Assembly (NCBI GenBank): GCA_015493745.1
Contig: WGCN01000013.1
Location: forward strand, 10,733 to 74,732
Source: Calditrichales bacterium
Lineage (GTDB): Bacteria; Calditrichota; Calditrichia; Calditrichales; J004
DNA length: 64,000 bases
Direction: 5' to 3'
Below, in pieces: positions 28,452-38,200 of this stretch. Positions within the stretch are counted from its first letter, which is position 1. Every line of letters starts with the position of its first letter. Both the position numbers and the translations under genes were made by a program. The notes below the pieces were generated by a model that saw only the letters and a program-made list of their open reading frames with translations, made no database searches and had not been told where the DNA came from.

Positions 28452-28952
28452 TTATTCCAGCAGGCCCTCTATTTCACGGATGATCATCATCCCGCCTGCG
28501 GTATCCACCTTTTTTATAAACTCTTTTGTGGCCGGCAACAAATGTTCCCGGCCCTTTTGATCTTCAAGCACATACAGATCCTGGCCCGGATAGTTGTGAA
28601 CATCCCTGATAACCCCCAGGCTTTCGCCACGGGTATTGACCACCTTCATGCCTATTAGCTGATGGTGATAATAGGAATCACTATCCGGCAAGGGGAACAA
28701 CTCGCTTTCTTCAACATAAAGGAATGCATTTCGATATTTTTCCGCCTGATCGCGATCGTCGATTCCCTGAATTTTAAGAAAGGCAAAGTCACCTTTCACC
28801 CGCGCCTTTTCCACAAAACAAAGCCGCTCTTCCTGTTCTTTCAGGAAGAAAGACTTCAACTGCAAAAAGCGCTCGGGGAAAGAGCTGATAATTTTGACTT
28901 TAAGTTCACCATGTATGCCCTGGGGCTTTACAACTTGTCCGATGACAAACAT
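28452..28952 (-). CDS. rimM: 16S rRNA processing protein RimM
   Basis: 166 aa. GQVVKPQGIHGELKV N-terminus and a PRC-barrel C-terminus. Conserved position between the KH gene and trmD. Confidence 0.9.
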   Translation of the reverse strand: MFVIGQVVKPQGIHGELKVKIISSFPERFLQLKSFFLKEQEERLCFVEKARVKGDFAFLKIQGIDDRDQAEKYRNAFLYVEESELFPLPDSDSYYHHQLIGMKVVNTRGESLGVIRDVHNYPGQDLYVLEDQKGREHLLPATKEFIKKVDTAGGMMIIREIEGLLE

Positions 28953-28964
28953 GATGACCGGTAC

Positions 28965-29195
28965 CTATTCCAAAATTTCAAGGACAGCGCGTTTACCCGC
29001 TTTTGCAGACGCCGCGGACAGCAGTGTACGAATGGATTTTGCCGTTTGACCTCGTTTTCCGATGACCTTGCCCAGATCGCCGTCTCCGACCCGAAGCTCA
29101 TAGACGGTGACACGTTCGCCTTCCACTTCAGTAACCTGAACTTCTTCGGGCTTGTCCACCAGATGCTTCGCGATAAATTCAACAAACTCCTTCAT
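28965..29195 (-). CDS. KH-domain RNA-binding protein (YlqC/UPF0109)
   Basis: Internal ATG 29195 ([12 protein letters not shown]...) with AGGAGG about 9 nt upstream. GXXG motif in [16 protein letters not shown]. The track start at 29297 would overlap rpsP. Confidence 0.85.
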   Translation of the reverse strand: MKEFVEFIAKHLVDKPEEVQVTEVEGERVTVYELRVGDGDLGKVIGKRGQTAKSIRTLLSAASAKAGKRAVLEILE

Positions 29196-29253
29196 AACGA
29201 GATGCCTCCTAAATAGTTTGGACCAAATTCGCTGTATCACAAAAGTACGCTTT

Positions 29254-29742
29254 TTATTCAGCTGAATCTTTAGGTGCGGAGTCTTCGGCCGGAGCATCCT
29301 CTACGGCTTCGGCGGGAGCGGCGGCCTCTTCGGCGGCGGCTTCCGGCTCGGCGGTTTTGGCGGCTTTGGCCTTCTCTTTGGCGGCCTGTGCTTTTTTGGC
29401 TTCCAGACGTTTCAGGCTTTCTTCCTTTTGACTTTGCCAGGCTTGCAGTTCCGAAGCAATCCGGGCTTCATCGGCGCCTTGCTTTATCAGGGTCCACTTC
29501 AACCATAAGCCTTTGCCACGCAGCAGACTTTTTACGGTATCGGTAGGCTGGGCCCCCACGGATAACCAATGCAACACTCTGTCTTCCTTATAGTCCACCG
29601 TATGCGGCTGGGCTATAGGATCATAGGTTCCCACATTTTCAATAAAACGACCGTCACGCGGGGCGCGGCTATCGGCAGCAACTATTCTGTAATAAGGCCG
29701 CTTCTTACGTCCCATACGCATCAATCTTAACTTAACAGCCAA
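29254..29742 (-). CDS. rpsP: 30S ribosomal protein S16 with Ala/Glu/Lys-rich C-terminal extension
   Basis: Using TTG at 29742 gives (M)[20 protein letters not shown], the consensus S16 N-terminus, with GGAGG 6 nt upstream. The track start (TTG 29748) leaves no SD spacing. The C-terminal ~70 aa are low complexity. Confidence 0.9.
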   Translation of the reverse strand: MAVKLRLMRMGRKKRPYYRIVAADSRAPRDGRFIENVGTYDPIAQPHTVDYKEDRVLHWLSVGAQPTDTVKSLLRGKGLWLKWTLIKQGADEARIASELQAWQSQKEESLKRLEAKKAQAAKEKAKAAKTAEPEAAAEEAAAPAEAVEDAPAEDSAPKDSAE

Positions 29743-29757
29743 AATCAACCTCCAATT

Positions 29758-31089
29758 TTACATAAAATTTAATGGCATTCCCCGAAGACCCTTACCGGAT
29801 CTTCCCTTCATTTGTTTGATCATCTTTTTCATCTGGTCATATTGTTTGACCAATTGATTTACATCCTGTACCCGTGTACCGCTGCCCCGGGCAATCCGTT
29901 TACGACGGCTGCCGTTGAGGATTTGCGGCTTATTACGCTCTTCCCGCGTCATGGAATGAATGATGGCTTCCGTGCGTGAAAAGGCCTTGGGATCTACTTT
30001 TACATTTTTCATCTGCGCCCCCATCCCCGGGATCATACCCAACAGGTTTTCCAGGGGGCCCATCTTTTTAATCTGCTGCAACTGCATCAGAAAATCTTCC
30101 AGCGTAAACTCATTTTTGCGCAGGCGTTCTTCCAGCTTGGCGGCCTGTTCCTGGTCTATGGTTTCCTGTGCTTTTTCCACCAGGCTGACCACATCGCCCA
30201 TACCCAATATCCGCGAAGCCATACGATCGGGATAAAAGGCCTCGATCGATTCGGCGTTGGGTTTTTCGCCGATACTCATAAACTTGATCGGCTTACCGGT
30301 AACGGCCCGTATGGAAAGTGCCGCGCCACCGCGGGTATCACCGTCCATCTTGGTCAATACCACGCCGTCGTAGTTCAACCGGCTGGCAAATTCACTGGCG
30401 GTATTTACCGCATCCTGCCCGGTCATGCCGTCGGCCACAAACAAAATTTCATGCGGACGAACACGGTTTTTAACATTTACCAGTTCGCGCATCATTTCCT
30501 GATCCACATGCAGGCGGCCGGCCGTATCCAAAATCACCGTATCACACATCTGTTTGCGGGCGGCGCTTACGGCATTCATGCCAATACGGACGGGATCGCC
30601 GATACCTTCGTCATAAACAGGCACATTGAGGCTTTGCCCCAGCACCTTAAGCTGTTGAATGGCCGCGGGCCGGTAAACATCCAAGGCCGCCAACAACGGC
30701 TTGCGTCCGCGTTTTTGCAGCCAGGCGGCCAACTTGGCCGTAAAAGTGGTTTTACCGGAACCTTGCAGTCCGGCAACCATGATGATGGTAGGCGGGATTC
30801 CCGCGCTCTTGATCTGCGTATTTCTGGTACCTAACAGGGCCACCAGCTTGTCGTTAACTATCTTGACGATCATCTGGCCGGGGGTCACGCTTTTCAGCAC
30901 TTCTTCCCCGACGGCTTCCTTTTGCACCTCGTCAATAAAGTCTTTTACGACTTTATAATTTACATCGGCCTCCAACAGAGCGCGTCGGATTTCTTTAAGG
31001 GCGTCAGCAATATTCTTCTCGGTCAGCTTGCCATATCCGCGTAGTTTGCGTAGCGTCGACTCGAGTTTTCCGCTTAGATCTTCCAGCAT
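29758..31089 (-). CDS. ffh: signal recognition particle protein Ffh
   Basis: ATG 31089 (MLEDLSGKLESTLRKLRG). The track start at 31104 is a TTG. GLQGSGKTT, DTAGR, TKMDGD. Met-rich M domain. Confidence 0.95.
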   Translation of the reverse strand: MLEDLSGKLESTLRKLRGYGKLTEKNIADALKEIRRALLEADVNYKVVKDFIDEVQKEAVGEEVLKSVTPGQMIVKIVNDKLVALLGTRNTQIKSAGIPPTIIMVAGLQGSGKTTFTAKLAAWLQKRGRKPLLAALDVYRPAAIQQLKVLGQSLNVPVYDEGIGDPVRIGMNAVSAARKQMCDTVILDTAGRLHVDQEMMRELVNVKNRVRPHEILFVADGMTGQDAVNTASEFASRLNYDGVVLTKMDGDTRGGAALSIRAVTGKPIKFMSIGEKPNAESIEAFYPDRMASRILGMGDVVSLVEKAQETIDQEQAAKLEERLRKNEFTLEDFLMQLQQIKKMGPLENLLGMIPGMGAQMKNVKVDPKAFSRTEAIIHSMTREERNKPQILNGSRRKRIARGSGTRVQDVNQLVKQYDQMKKMIKQMKGRSGKGLRGMPLNFM

Positions 31090-31125
31090 CGGTTCCGTAT
31101 CCAATTCAAACGATTATGACCGGCA

Positions 31126-31154
31126 AATATACAACAGAATGGGGGGAGGTGCAA
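31126..31154 (-). promoter_or_regulatory. candidate sigma70-type promoter upstream of ffh
   Basis: Minus strand reads TTGCAC, 17 nt, TATATT, about 37 nt upstream of the ffh ATG. Confidence 0.35.
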
Positions 31155-31259
31155 TTTAATATGATTTCCCATTACGTTTACTTTTGCAGGGTCTGATTCT
31201 CGGATATAATTTGCACATTAAAATTGACGTTTCCAAAGAATTATTTTTTTTGAAACATT

Positions 31260-32612
31260 TTAACTGCCGTCTGCCGTTTCCCCGGCCTTTTTTTCCATCA
31301 GTGCGGCAAAGCTGCCGTCCGGCCCCTGTTGCGGAAAGGTGCGTATATATCCTTCGCCGCTATGAAAAAGTTCCGGTATCACCCGCTCCGGGGGTTTTAT
31401 AAGGCGCGCCTCCTTAAAACCTTCCACAACAGCTTCATTTTCCATGGGATCGATGCTGCATGTGCTGTATACCAGACGCCCGTCATCCTCCAGATGCTCC
31501 CAGGCGCTTTGCAATATTTCCCGTTGTAATGTGGCAAAGGCCTCCATCTCGTTCCGGGATCGTCGCCATTTTATATCGGGATGCTTGCGTATGATTCCCT
31601 GCGCGCTGCAGGGCACATCGGCCAGAATTTTATTAAAGCTCTTCCTGAAGGGTAAAGCCCGGGCATCCGCGGCCACCAAAAAGCCTTCCACCCCCAAACG
31701 CTTCATATTACCACGAACGGTGCGCAGACGGTTCAGGTCATTATCCACGGCCACGGCGATTTTCAAATCCGGCTGTTCTTCCAGGGCCTGTGTAAACTTC
31801 CCGCCCGGTGCCGCGCAGACATCCAAAAAACGATCGCCTGCCTTTAAGTCCAGTAAACGTACCGGAACGGAGGCGCTTTCATCCTGTACCGAACAAAAGC
31901 CGGCGTCAAAACCTTCCGCCTCTTCTATCTTGCGGATGCTGTCCACCTTGAAGTGCCGGGTTGAAAGCGCCGAACGGCGATAAGGTATGCCCAGGGCTTC
32001 CAGTTCCCGCTCAAAATGCTGACGATCCATTTTCCGGGGGTTATGGCGCAATACCGGCTGCGGCGTGCGATTTAGGTTGATGAGAATTTCCTCGGTGAAA
32101 TCCTCGCCCCAGGTTTCCAGATAATGGCTGACCATCCAGCGGGGAAATGAATAGCTTATGGCCAGACGCTCCACCGTATCCCCGATACGGGCGGGATCGA
32201 GCTTGTCCTCTTCCCTTAAATAGCCGCGCAACATGGCATTTACCAGACGTACCGCCCTTTCGCCCAGCACATCGCGCGTATCCTGCACCCAGCCGTTTAC
32301 GCGGCGCGGCGCTTCGTCACGCTCATCGGACAAGTCAAACAGGGCCAGGCGCAACCATAACTTTGTTTTTTTCTCCATCTGGTGCTTACCCTTGTACAGC
32401 CGGCCAATCTGCCAGTCCAGCAACATTCGGTGGCGTATGGCGCCGCGCACCAGGCGGCGCACCTGTCGCGGGCGCGCCGACGGGTCAAACTCCAGCCAGC
32501 GCTGTTCCACGCTATCCAGCCGCTCACGGGTTTTCTCAAATTCCAGGACAACCTGAAAAGCCAGGGGGCGCTCACCAAGGGGCGCTGTAACACTTATTTT
32601 TTTCCGGGACAT
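31260..32612 (-). CDS. rsmB: 16S rRNA (cytosine967-C5)-methyltransferase
   Basis: 450 aa. NusB-like N-terminus. SAM site DVCAAPGGKF. Catalytic motifs DVPCSAQG and YSTCS. Confidence 0.85.
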   Translation of the reverse strand: MSRKKISVTAPLGERPLAFQVVLEFEKTRERLDSVEQRWLEFDPSARPRQVRRLVRGAIRHRMLLDWQIGRLYKGKHQMEKKTKLWLRLALFDLSDERDEAPRRVNGWVQDTRDVLGERAVRLVNAMLRGYLREEDKLDPARIGDTVERLAISYSFPRWMVSHYLETWGEDFTEEILINLNRTPQPVLRHNPRKMDRQHFERELEALGIPYRRSALSTRHFKVDSIRKIEEAEGFDAGFCSVQDESASVPVRLLDLKAGDRFLDVCAAPGGKFTQALEEQPDLKIAVAVDNDLNRLRTVRGNMKRLGVEGFLVAADARALPFRKSFNKILADVPCSAQGIIRKHPDIKWRRSRNEMEAFATLQREILQSAWEHLEDDGRLVYSTCSIDPMENEAVVEGFKEARLIKPPERVIPELFHSGEGYIRTFPQQGPDGSFAALMEKKAGETADGS

Positions 32613-32626
32613 GAACCATCCATTCT

Positions 32627-33406
32627 TTATAATATTTTTAAGCGAACATCCCGGGGACGGGGTATCGCTGCTTTTTTCAGACTAACGGGTTTAAGCCGGA
32701 CATCCCTCAGGCCGTATTCCGCGCACAGGGCCTGGCCCAGCTCAAGACGGTTGTAACTGTTTTTTCCCGCCAGATGGAAACGGCCTTTTTTCCGGGCCAG
32801 AGTGATTTCCCATATCTTACGGGCCGCCGCCATGGTTGGTACAGGTGTACGAACTTCATCATAAAACAGGGGGATATCAAGATTATTTTCCGCCCGCTCC
32901 AGAAACCAGTCGACAAAATTCTTTTTATGGGGTGAGCGCCCCAACAACAGCGCCAGCCGCACTACCGCCCCCTCGCGGACGGCCCGTTCACCCGCGTATT
33001 TGCTTTTCCCGTAAACATTGATGGGCGCCGGGCTGTCATCCGGCGCGTAGGGCGCGTGTTCGCCGTCGAAGACGATATCGGTGGAAAGATAGACAAGGTG
33101 GGCTTTCTTTTCCGCGCACCAGTCCGCCAGTTCGGCGGTGGCTTCTCCGTTGATGCGCATGGCTTTTTGCGGCTCCTGCTCACATTGCGCCAGGGAAGAT
33201 ATGGCGGCGGTATGAATGACCGCATCGACATCAACATCCCGCAATGCCGGGGCCACCTCTTTTTGTAAGTCCAGAGAGATCACGGGGAAACGGTATTGGT
33301 TTTTCCGGCCGGGACGCAGGGTTCCCCAAAGTTCCACGCCGGCGGGAAGGGTTTGCAACAGGTGCCAGGCCACATAGCCGTTGACGCCGCTAATCAGAAC
33401 ACGCAT
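32627..33406 (-). CDS. SDR-family NAD(P)-dependent reductase, RmlD-like (dTDP-4-dehydrorhamnose reductase family)
   Basis: Internal ATG 33406 (MRVLISGVNGYVAWHL). YGKSKYAGE catalytic YxxxK. STDIVFDG. Confidence 0.75.
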   Translation of the reverse strand: MRVLISGVNGYVAWHLLQTLPAGVELWGTLRPGRKNQYRFPVISLDLQKEVAPALRDVDVDAVIHTAAISSLAQCEQEPQKAMRINGEATAELADWCAEKKAHLVYLSTDIVFDGEHAPYAPDDSPAPINVYGKSKYAGERAVREGAVVRLALLLGRSPHKKNFVDWFLERAENNLDIPLFYDEVRTPVPTMAAARKIWEITLARKKGRFHLAGKNSYNRLELGQALCAEYGLRDVRLKPVSLKKAAIPRPRDVRLKIL

Positions 33407-33407
33407 T

Positions 33408-34157
33408 TTAAAAACGGGCCATAAGCCCCAGAGTAACGGCGGGGGCACTACCGGGTGTATCCACAAAAAAACGATACTCCGCTCCCCGGGCCAGACGGTT
33501 GTTGTGGCGGCGTGTCAGGCGGATGCTGTTAACGGCGCTGACCAGATGGTTGAGCAGAATGGCCGAGGCATAGATCAGGCGGCGATCTTTAATGGCTGAG
33601 GCTTTCAGACGTTTCAGATCATAGGTCAGCCGGTTGTCCGTGGCGTCCCACTGCCAGACGGTCTGTTCCGGGTCATAGAGGCGCTCCGGACGGCGATCCT
33701 GAAGACGTTTTTCATTAAACGCATACACATCATCGAACTTCCCGATATCTATCCAAAACTGATCATCCTTATCCCCGCTGCCCTTCACCCCGGCATGAAC
33801 GCCGGCATAGGCCTGATAGTCGCTGCGCAGACTGTTATAATAGCTGTTATTAAAAAGCAGCGCTCCCCAGGCGGCAATCTCCACCCCCAGGAAAAATTGG
33901 GCTTGTCCCGTTTCTCCCGCATAGTATTCCCCGGCTCCCGGCAAAACCAGGCTTAACAAAAGGGCCACCCCCGTGGACTTGGTCCCTTCCCGGGTGCCCG
34001 CCGGCATGGCGGAAGCAAAGCCGGTACCGGAGACATCTTTTTCCAGGCTGTCCGCGCTTATCAGGCTCAGGTTGGAATAGTGCAGGGCCAGCGGCGACTG
34101 GGCCGTTCCCATGGTGACAAAAAGGATGAGGGTTAAAACCAGAATGTGTAGTTTCAT
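33408..34157 (-). CDS. hypothetical envelope protein, paralogue B (PGAGE-Y motif family)
   Basis: 249 aa. Signal peptide. Shares KS...A.L.S.V.PGAGE.YA and LNHL.SA motifs with 34166..35122. C-terminal Phe. Confidence 0.65.
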   Translation of the reverse strand: MKLHILVLTLILFVTMGTAQSPLALHYSNLSLISADSLEKDVSGTGFASAMPAGTREGTKSTGVALLLSLVLPGAGEYYAGETGQAQFFLGVEIAAWGALLFNNSYYNSLRSDYQAYAGVHAGVKGSGDKDDQFWIDIGKFDDVYAFNEKRLQDRRPERLYDPEQTVWQWDATDNRLTYDLKRLKASAIKDRRLIYASAILLNHLVSAVNSIRLTRRHNNRLARGAEYRFFVDTPGSAPAVTLGLMARF

Positions 34158-34165
34158 AAATCGCC

Positions 34166-35122
34166 TTACCAGTTAAACTGCAATCCATACATGGGCAGCA
34201 CCTCCCCCGCGTAATAACGGGATTGTCCATAGAGCCGCACATGCAGGTCTTTATTGTAATTATTGGCCGTCAACGCGGCATCGATGGCACTGCCCAGGTG
34301 ATTAATCAAAACAACCCAGCTCAACGTGGCGGCCGTATGGTAAAAATCATTACTCTGATTGCGAATGGTTTTATAGCGGGCCACATCTTCCGTCAGATTG
34401 TTCAGGCTGGCCGGGTTATCATAATAATTCCAGTTATTGCCCAGTTCCTGCCACCCCACGCCAAACTGAATCAGATATTTATAGATCATTTCATAATACT
34501 GCTGTGTTTTGGTCCTTGGCAGTTCATGGGTAAATCCATAGTAATTGCCATGGGTTTCCCAATAGCGTAAACGCTCGATATTGGCGTCGACGTCGGCCTG
34601 GTTTAAAATGCCGTTGGCATCGGTTTGCAGGGGCGGGCCGTCCCAGTCATTGTTTTCGGTGGCCAGTTTATAAACCTTGCTCCAGTAGCGTTTTTCATCC
34701 CAGCGGTTATCGGCCAGGGTACGCATCTCACGATCCTTCGCATCGCCACGGCCCTGGTAACTGATGTATCCGGATATCAACAGCACTTCGGCCAGGGCAA
34801 AGGCGGCCGCTTTCCAATATGACTCGGCATAGGCTTCACCGGCGCCGGGCACCACCGCCGAGAAAAGGGCCGCCAACGCCGGAGACTTTCTTTCCCCGGC
34901 CTTTTCCCCGGTTTGAAAATGCGTTTCCATATCATTGAGCAAAATGCTCTTTTCATCACCTGTATACCATAGTGAGGCAGGCAGACTGCCAGCGGGAGCC
35001 GGCACTTCCCTGACTTCATCCCCGGTGAGCATGGCCACCCGGAATGCCGTTCCCGGCCCGCCGGCAAATAAAGGCAGGGCCACCACGCCCAGCCACAGGC
35101 ACACGGATTTAAATCTATTCAT
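34166..35122 (-). CDS. hypothetical envelope protein, paralogue A (PGAGE-Y motif family)
   Basis: 318 aa. Signal peptide. SAVVPGAGEAYAESYWKAAAFALAEVLL hydrophobic segment. LINHLGSAIDA. C-terminal ...YGLQFNW. Confidence 0.65.
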   Translation of the reverse strand: MNRFKSVCLWLGVVALPLFAGGPGTAFRVAMLTGDEVREVPAPAGSLPASLWYTGDEKSILLNDMETHFQTGEKAGERKSPALAALFSAVVPGAGEAYAESYWKAAAFALAEVLLISGYISYQGRGDAKDREMRTLADNRWDEKRYWSKVYKLATENNDWDGPPLQTDANGILNQADVDANIERLRYWETHGNYYGFTHELPRTKTQQYYEMIYKYLIQFGVGWQELGNNWNYYDNPASLNNLTEDVARYKTIRNQSNDFYHTAATLSWVVLINHLGSAIDAALTANNYNKDLHVRLYGQSRYYAGEVLPMYGLQFNW

Positions 35123-35277
35123 TTTTCCCCCGTCGGTTAAGTGTCAATAAAAGAAAGAGATCGCTTTCCCCTAATTAACACCTTATCAATATATCTTACA
35201 GTCCCATTCTTCAACTCTACCCGTTTTTTCGCCATATTGCAAAAGGAAGAGTCGCTTGTTTCCGCCCATACAGCAGC

Positions 35278-38200
35278 CTATCTCAGACGTGCCCGCACCG
35301 CCGTGTTGTCACGCATGCCCGCCGCCCGTTCACGCAGATCGAAATCGAACAGGACCCCCATATAATAGCGCCACTCGCGCGGATAAGTGACCGGGCCGTT
35401 ACGGGCCACATCCAGGGGCCAGGCGGCCTGAACAAAAATACGTGTCGGAAACATGTTATAGGAATAGGTATCCAGCCTCAGCTCCATACCCACATCTCTT
35501 TTAAAATCCCTAAAGTCCACCCGCGTTTCATTAAAGGCGTTGCCCGCCTCAAAAAAGAGCCCGGCAAAAAGCTTGTCAAAACGTAAATGCCCCAAACGCC
35601 AGTTTAGCCCGCGGCTGATGGGAAAGCGGTAATTCAACGCCCCGATCAGTTTCTGCCGCCCTTCGATACTGTAAAAAGGATACCCTTTTAAACCGATCAG
35701 ACCACCGGCAAAATAGTTAAAAAAACTGGCCACCGGACGATCGATATAGCCGCTTTTTAAACTGATTCCCAGGGCATGCTGTTCCAGCCAGGGATTGGCC
35801 AGGTACAACTCCCCGTTAAATTCCAGACTGTTAAAGCTATACCGCTTGAATTCCTCCAGACCCAGTTGCCGGTTGGTGGAAAATCCCTGCAGGAAATCAT
35901 TATCCTCATAACCGTACTTAAAAAAGAGATAGTAACCCGATGACGGGTTAACCGCGGCATAGCGGTCTTCTCCCAACCGATCCAGAATAAGTTTAAAGTG
36001 CAGCGCCTGACCGCGTAAATAATCATAGCGAATGGTCGGCACATAGAGAAGACCATCCGTGGGCGTGTTCAGCGTTAACGGATCCAACTGTGCCGAATAG
36101 CGGCTGCCGGTATAGGTCAGGCTGAGATGCATCTTTTCCAGGGGAATATAGCTGACGCCGAAACTGTATTGCAACAGGTTAAAACCGACATTGCGCACAC
36201 CGCGCACCACATAGCCGCGATCCAGTTCCAGGGTATCCTTGATATTGGCGGAAGAGTTGTAAAACTCGGCAAAAAAGGTGGGCGCCAGTTTTTTATACTC
36301 GGCATAGGCATACAGGTCATAATCCAGGTCTTTGTTTGCCGATACTCCGGCCACCAGGCTGAGCTGATCGAGCACATCGGAACTGGTTACATAAAATCCG
36401 GGCTTAATGGTACCGTAGTCAATGAACAGACGCGGTAGAATTTGTGTGCGGGTAAAGGTGGTTTTATAGGGACGCGTCTGATACACCGGTATGACATCAT
36501 CATTAAAATTCTTTTCCGGCACGGAAGCCGGATAGTTTTCATCATAGCGGGCCAGGGTTTTATCCAACGGATGGGGATTTTCCATGAAGGCCAGCTTATA
36601 GCCGATACTGTCGTAACAGGCATAAACCAGCTCTCCGGCGGGGTTTACCGAGGGCATAAAGGCTCCGCCGGTTACATTGGTCAATAACTCCGGTTTTCCA
36701 TTATTATGGCGCAGGCGATAGATGTTATAGATCCCCGTGGTACTGGCGGCATAATAGAGCCACTGACCGTCGGGGCTGTAAACGGGATAACGCAACTCCT
36801 CCTCGGCCTGCAGCAACAGGCTGAACTCCCCGGAATCCATATCATACCGGCCGATGTTGCGGCCATATTCCACGGCGGTGCCAAACACAATCCGCCGGCC
36901 GTCGGGACGCCAGCGGGGATGATAGATCTGACGGCCATCCTCAAAAGCCAGCAGTTGTTTCAGCTCATCGGCCCGGACACGCACATCGCGCTGATAGATC
37001 GTTTTTGCCTTATGCTTTAACAGCTTACCCGTGGTAACATCAAAAGCGACCTCTAGCCAGGCGTTTCCTTCCATGTCCCCCGGCAGATGCAGCACGTTCA
37101 GGGCATGCAACCCATCGGTTGAGCTGACAAAGGCGATCGAGCGTCCGTCCGGCCCAAAGGATGGATTCGATCCCCGCAGACCGTAACTTAGCCGTATCTC
37201 CCGTTCCTTTTCCGTATCCCACAGATAGAGATCGTTGAGGGAAGACATATGCCGGTTACGATCCTGCCGGGCATAAACCAGGTAGCGGCCATCGGGCGAC
37301 CAGGAAAGCGAGGATGAAACGCCGCGTACGGGTAACTCTTTCTTATCGCCTGTTTTCCTGTCCCAGAGGAGGATGCGGTTTTGAGAAAAATAATCGCGGC
37401 CCTTGTTGCTCACCCAGGCCACACGCCCGCCGGCGGGATCGAAAACCGGGTAGAGGTTGGCAAAACCCTCTTTTTCAATCAGGCGGCCCTTAACCTCATG
37501 GGCACGGATGCTTTCGGTCTGCCGGGTATAGCGTTGCCAAAGTTGCCGTTTCCAGCGTTGATACAGGCTGTCCACCGGGGTTCCGGTGGCTTCCTCTATG
37601 GCCCCGTCAAAGGTATAGCTGCTCCAGTGACTATCGATTTCCGTAATATCCGAAAGCACCTTTTCCCCATACTGCTCTACCAAAAAATTAACAAAGGAAA
37701 AACCCTGATTATAACTGGATTCGTTACCATGGCTGGTTTTACCAAAAATGGACATCTCGTTAAGCGTCAGTAAGCGGTTATACAACACACGGTCGCGCAA
37801 AATCATCTCCCGGTGCGGATCGCGATAGTCATAACGGGCCTTATCGTTTTGATGCTGGGCGGTCCCCTCGGCAAACCAGACCGGCATGTTCACCGAGCTG
37901 ACCGGATAGGAAACCAAAACATTGGGGAAACCGCGCACCACATCTTTTCGCCGTTCCTTTTCATAGCCAAACCACTGAATAAAGCCGTAGGGAAAGGTCA
38001 TGCTGGATTTTATTATCTTTTGAATGTTGACCATATGCGTAAACTCATGGGTCAGCACATCGCGCAGCCAGTTCTTGGTTCCGCGCATCACATAATCCAG
38101 ATTGGTGGCCCAAATCTCGACTTTATTGTTAAAAAAGAAAGCGCCGCCGTTGGAATAGTCGTCCGTATCCCGCAGAATCAGGTGCAGCTTGTCCTTGGGC

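Noticed and set aside
29254-29460. Repetitive GCC/GCG/GAA-rich DNA at the 3' end of rpsP, considered as a tandem repeat element.
   Set aside because: It encodes the Ala/Glu/Lys-rich low-complexity tail of S16. No exact unit repeat is visible.
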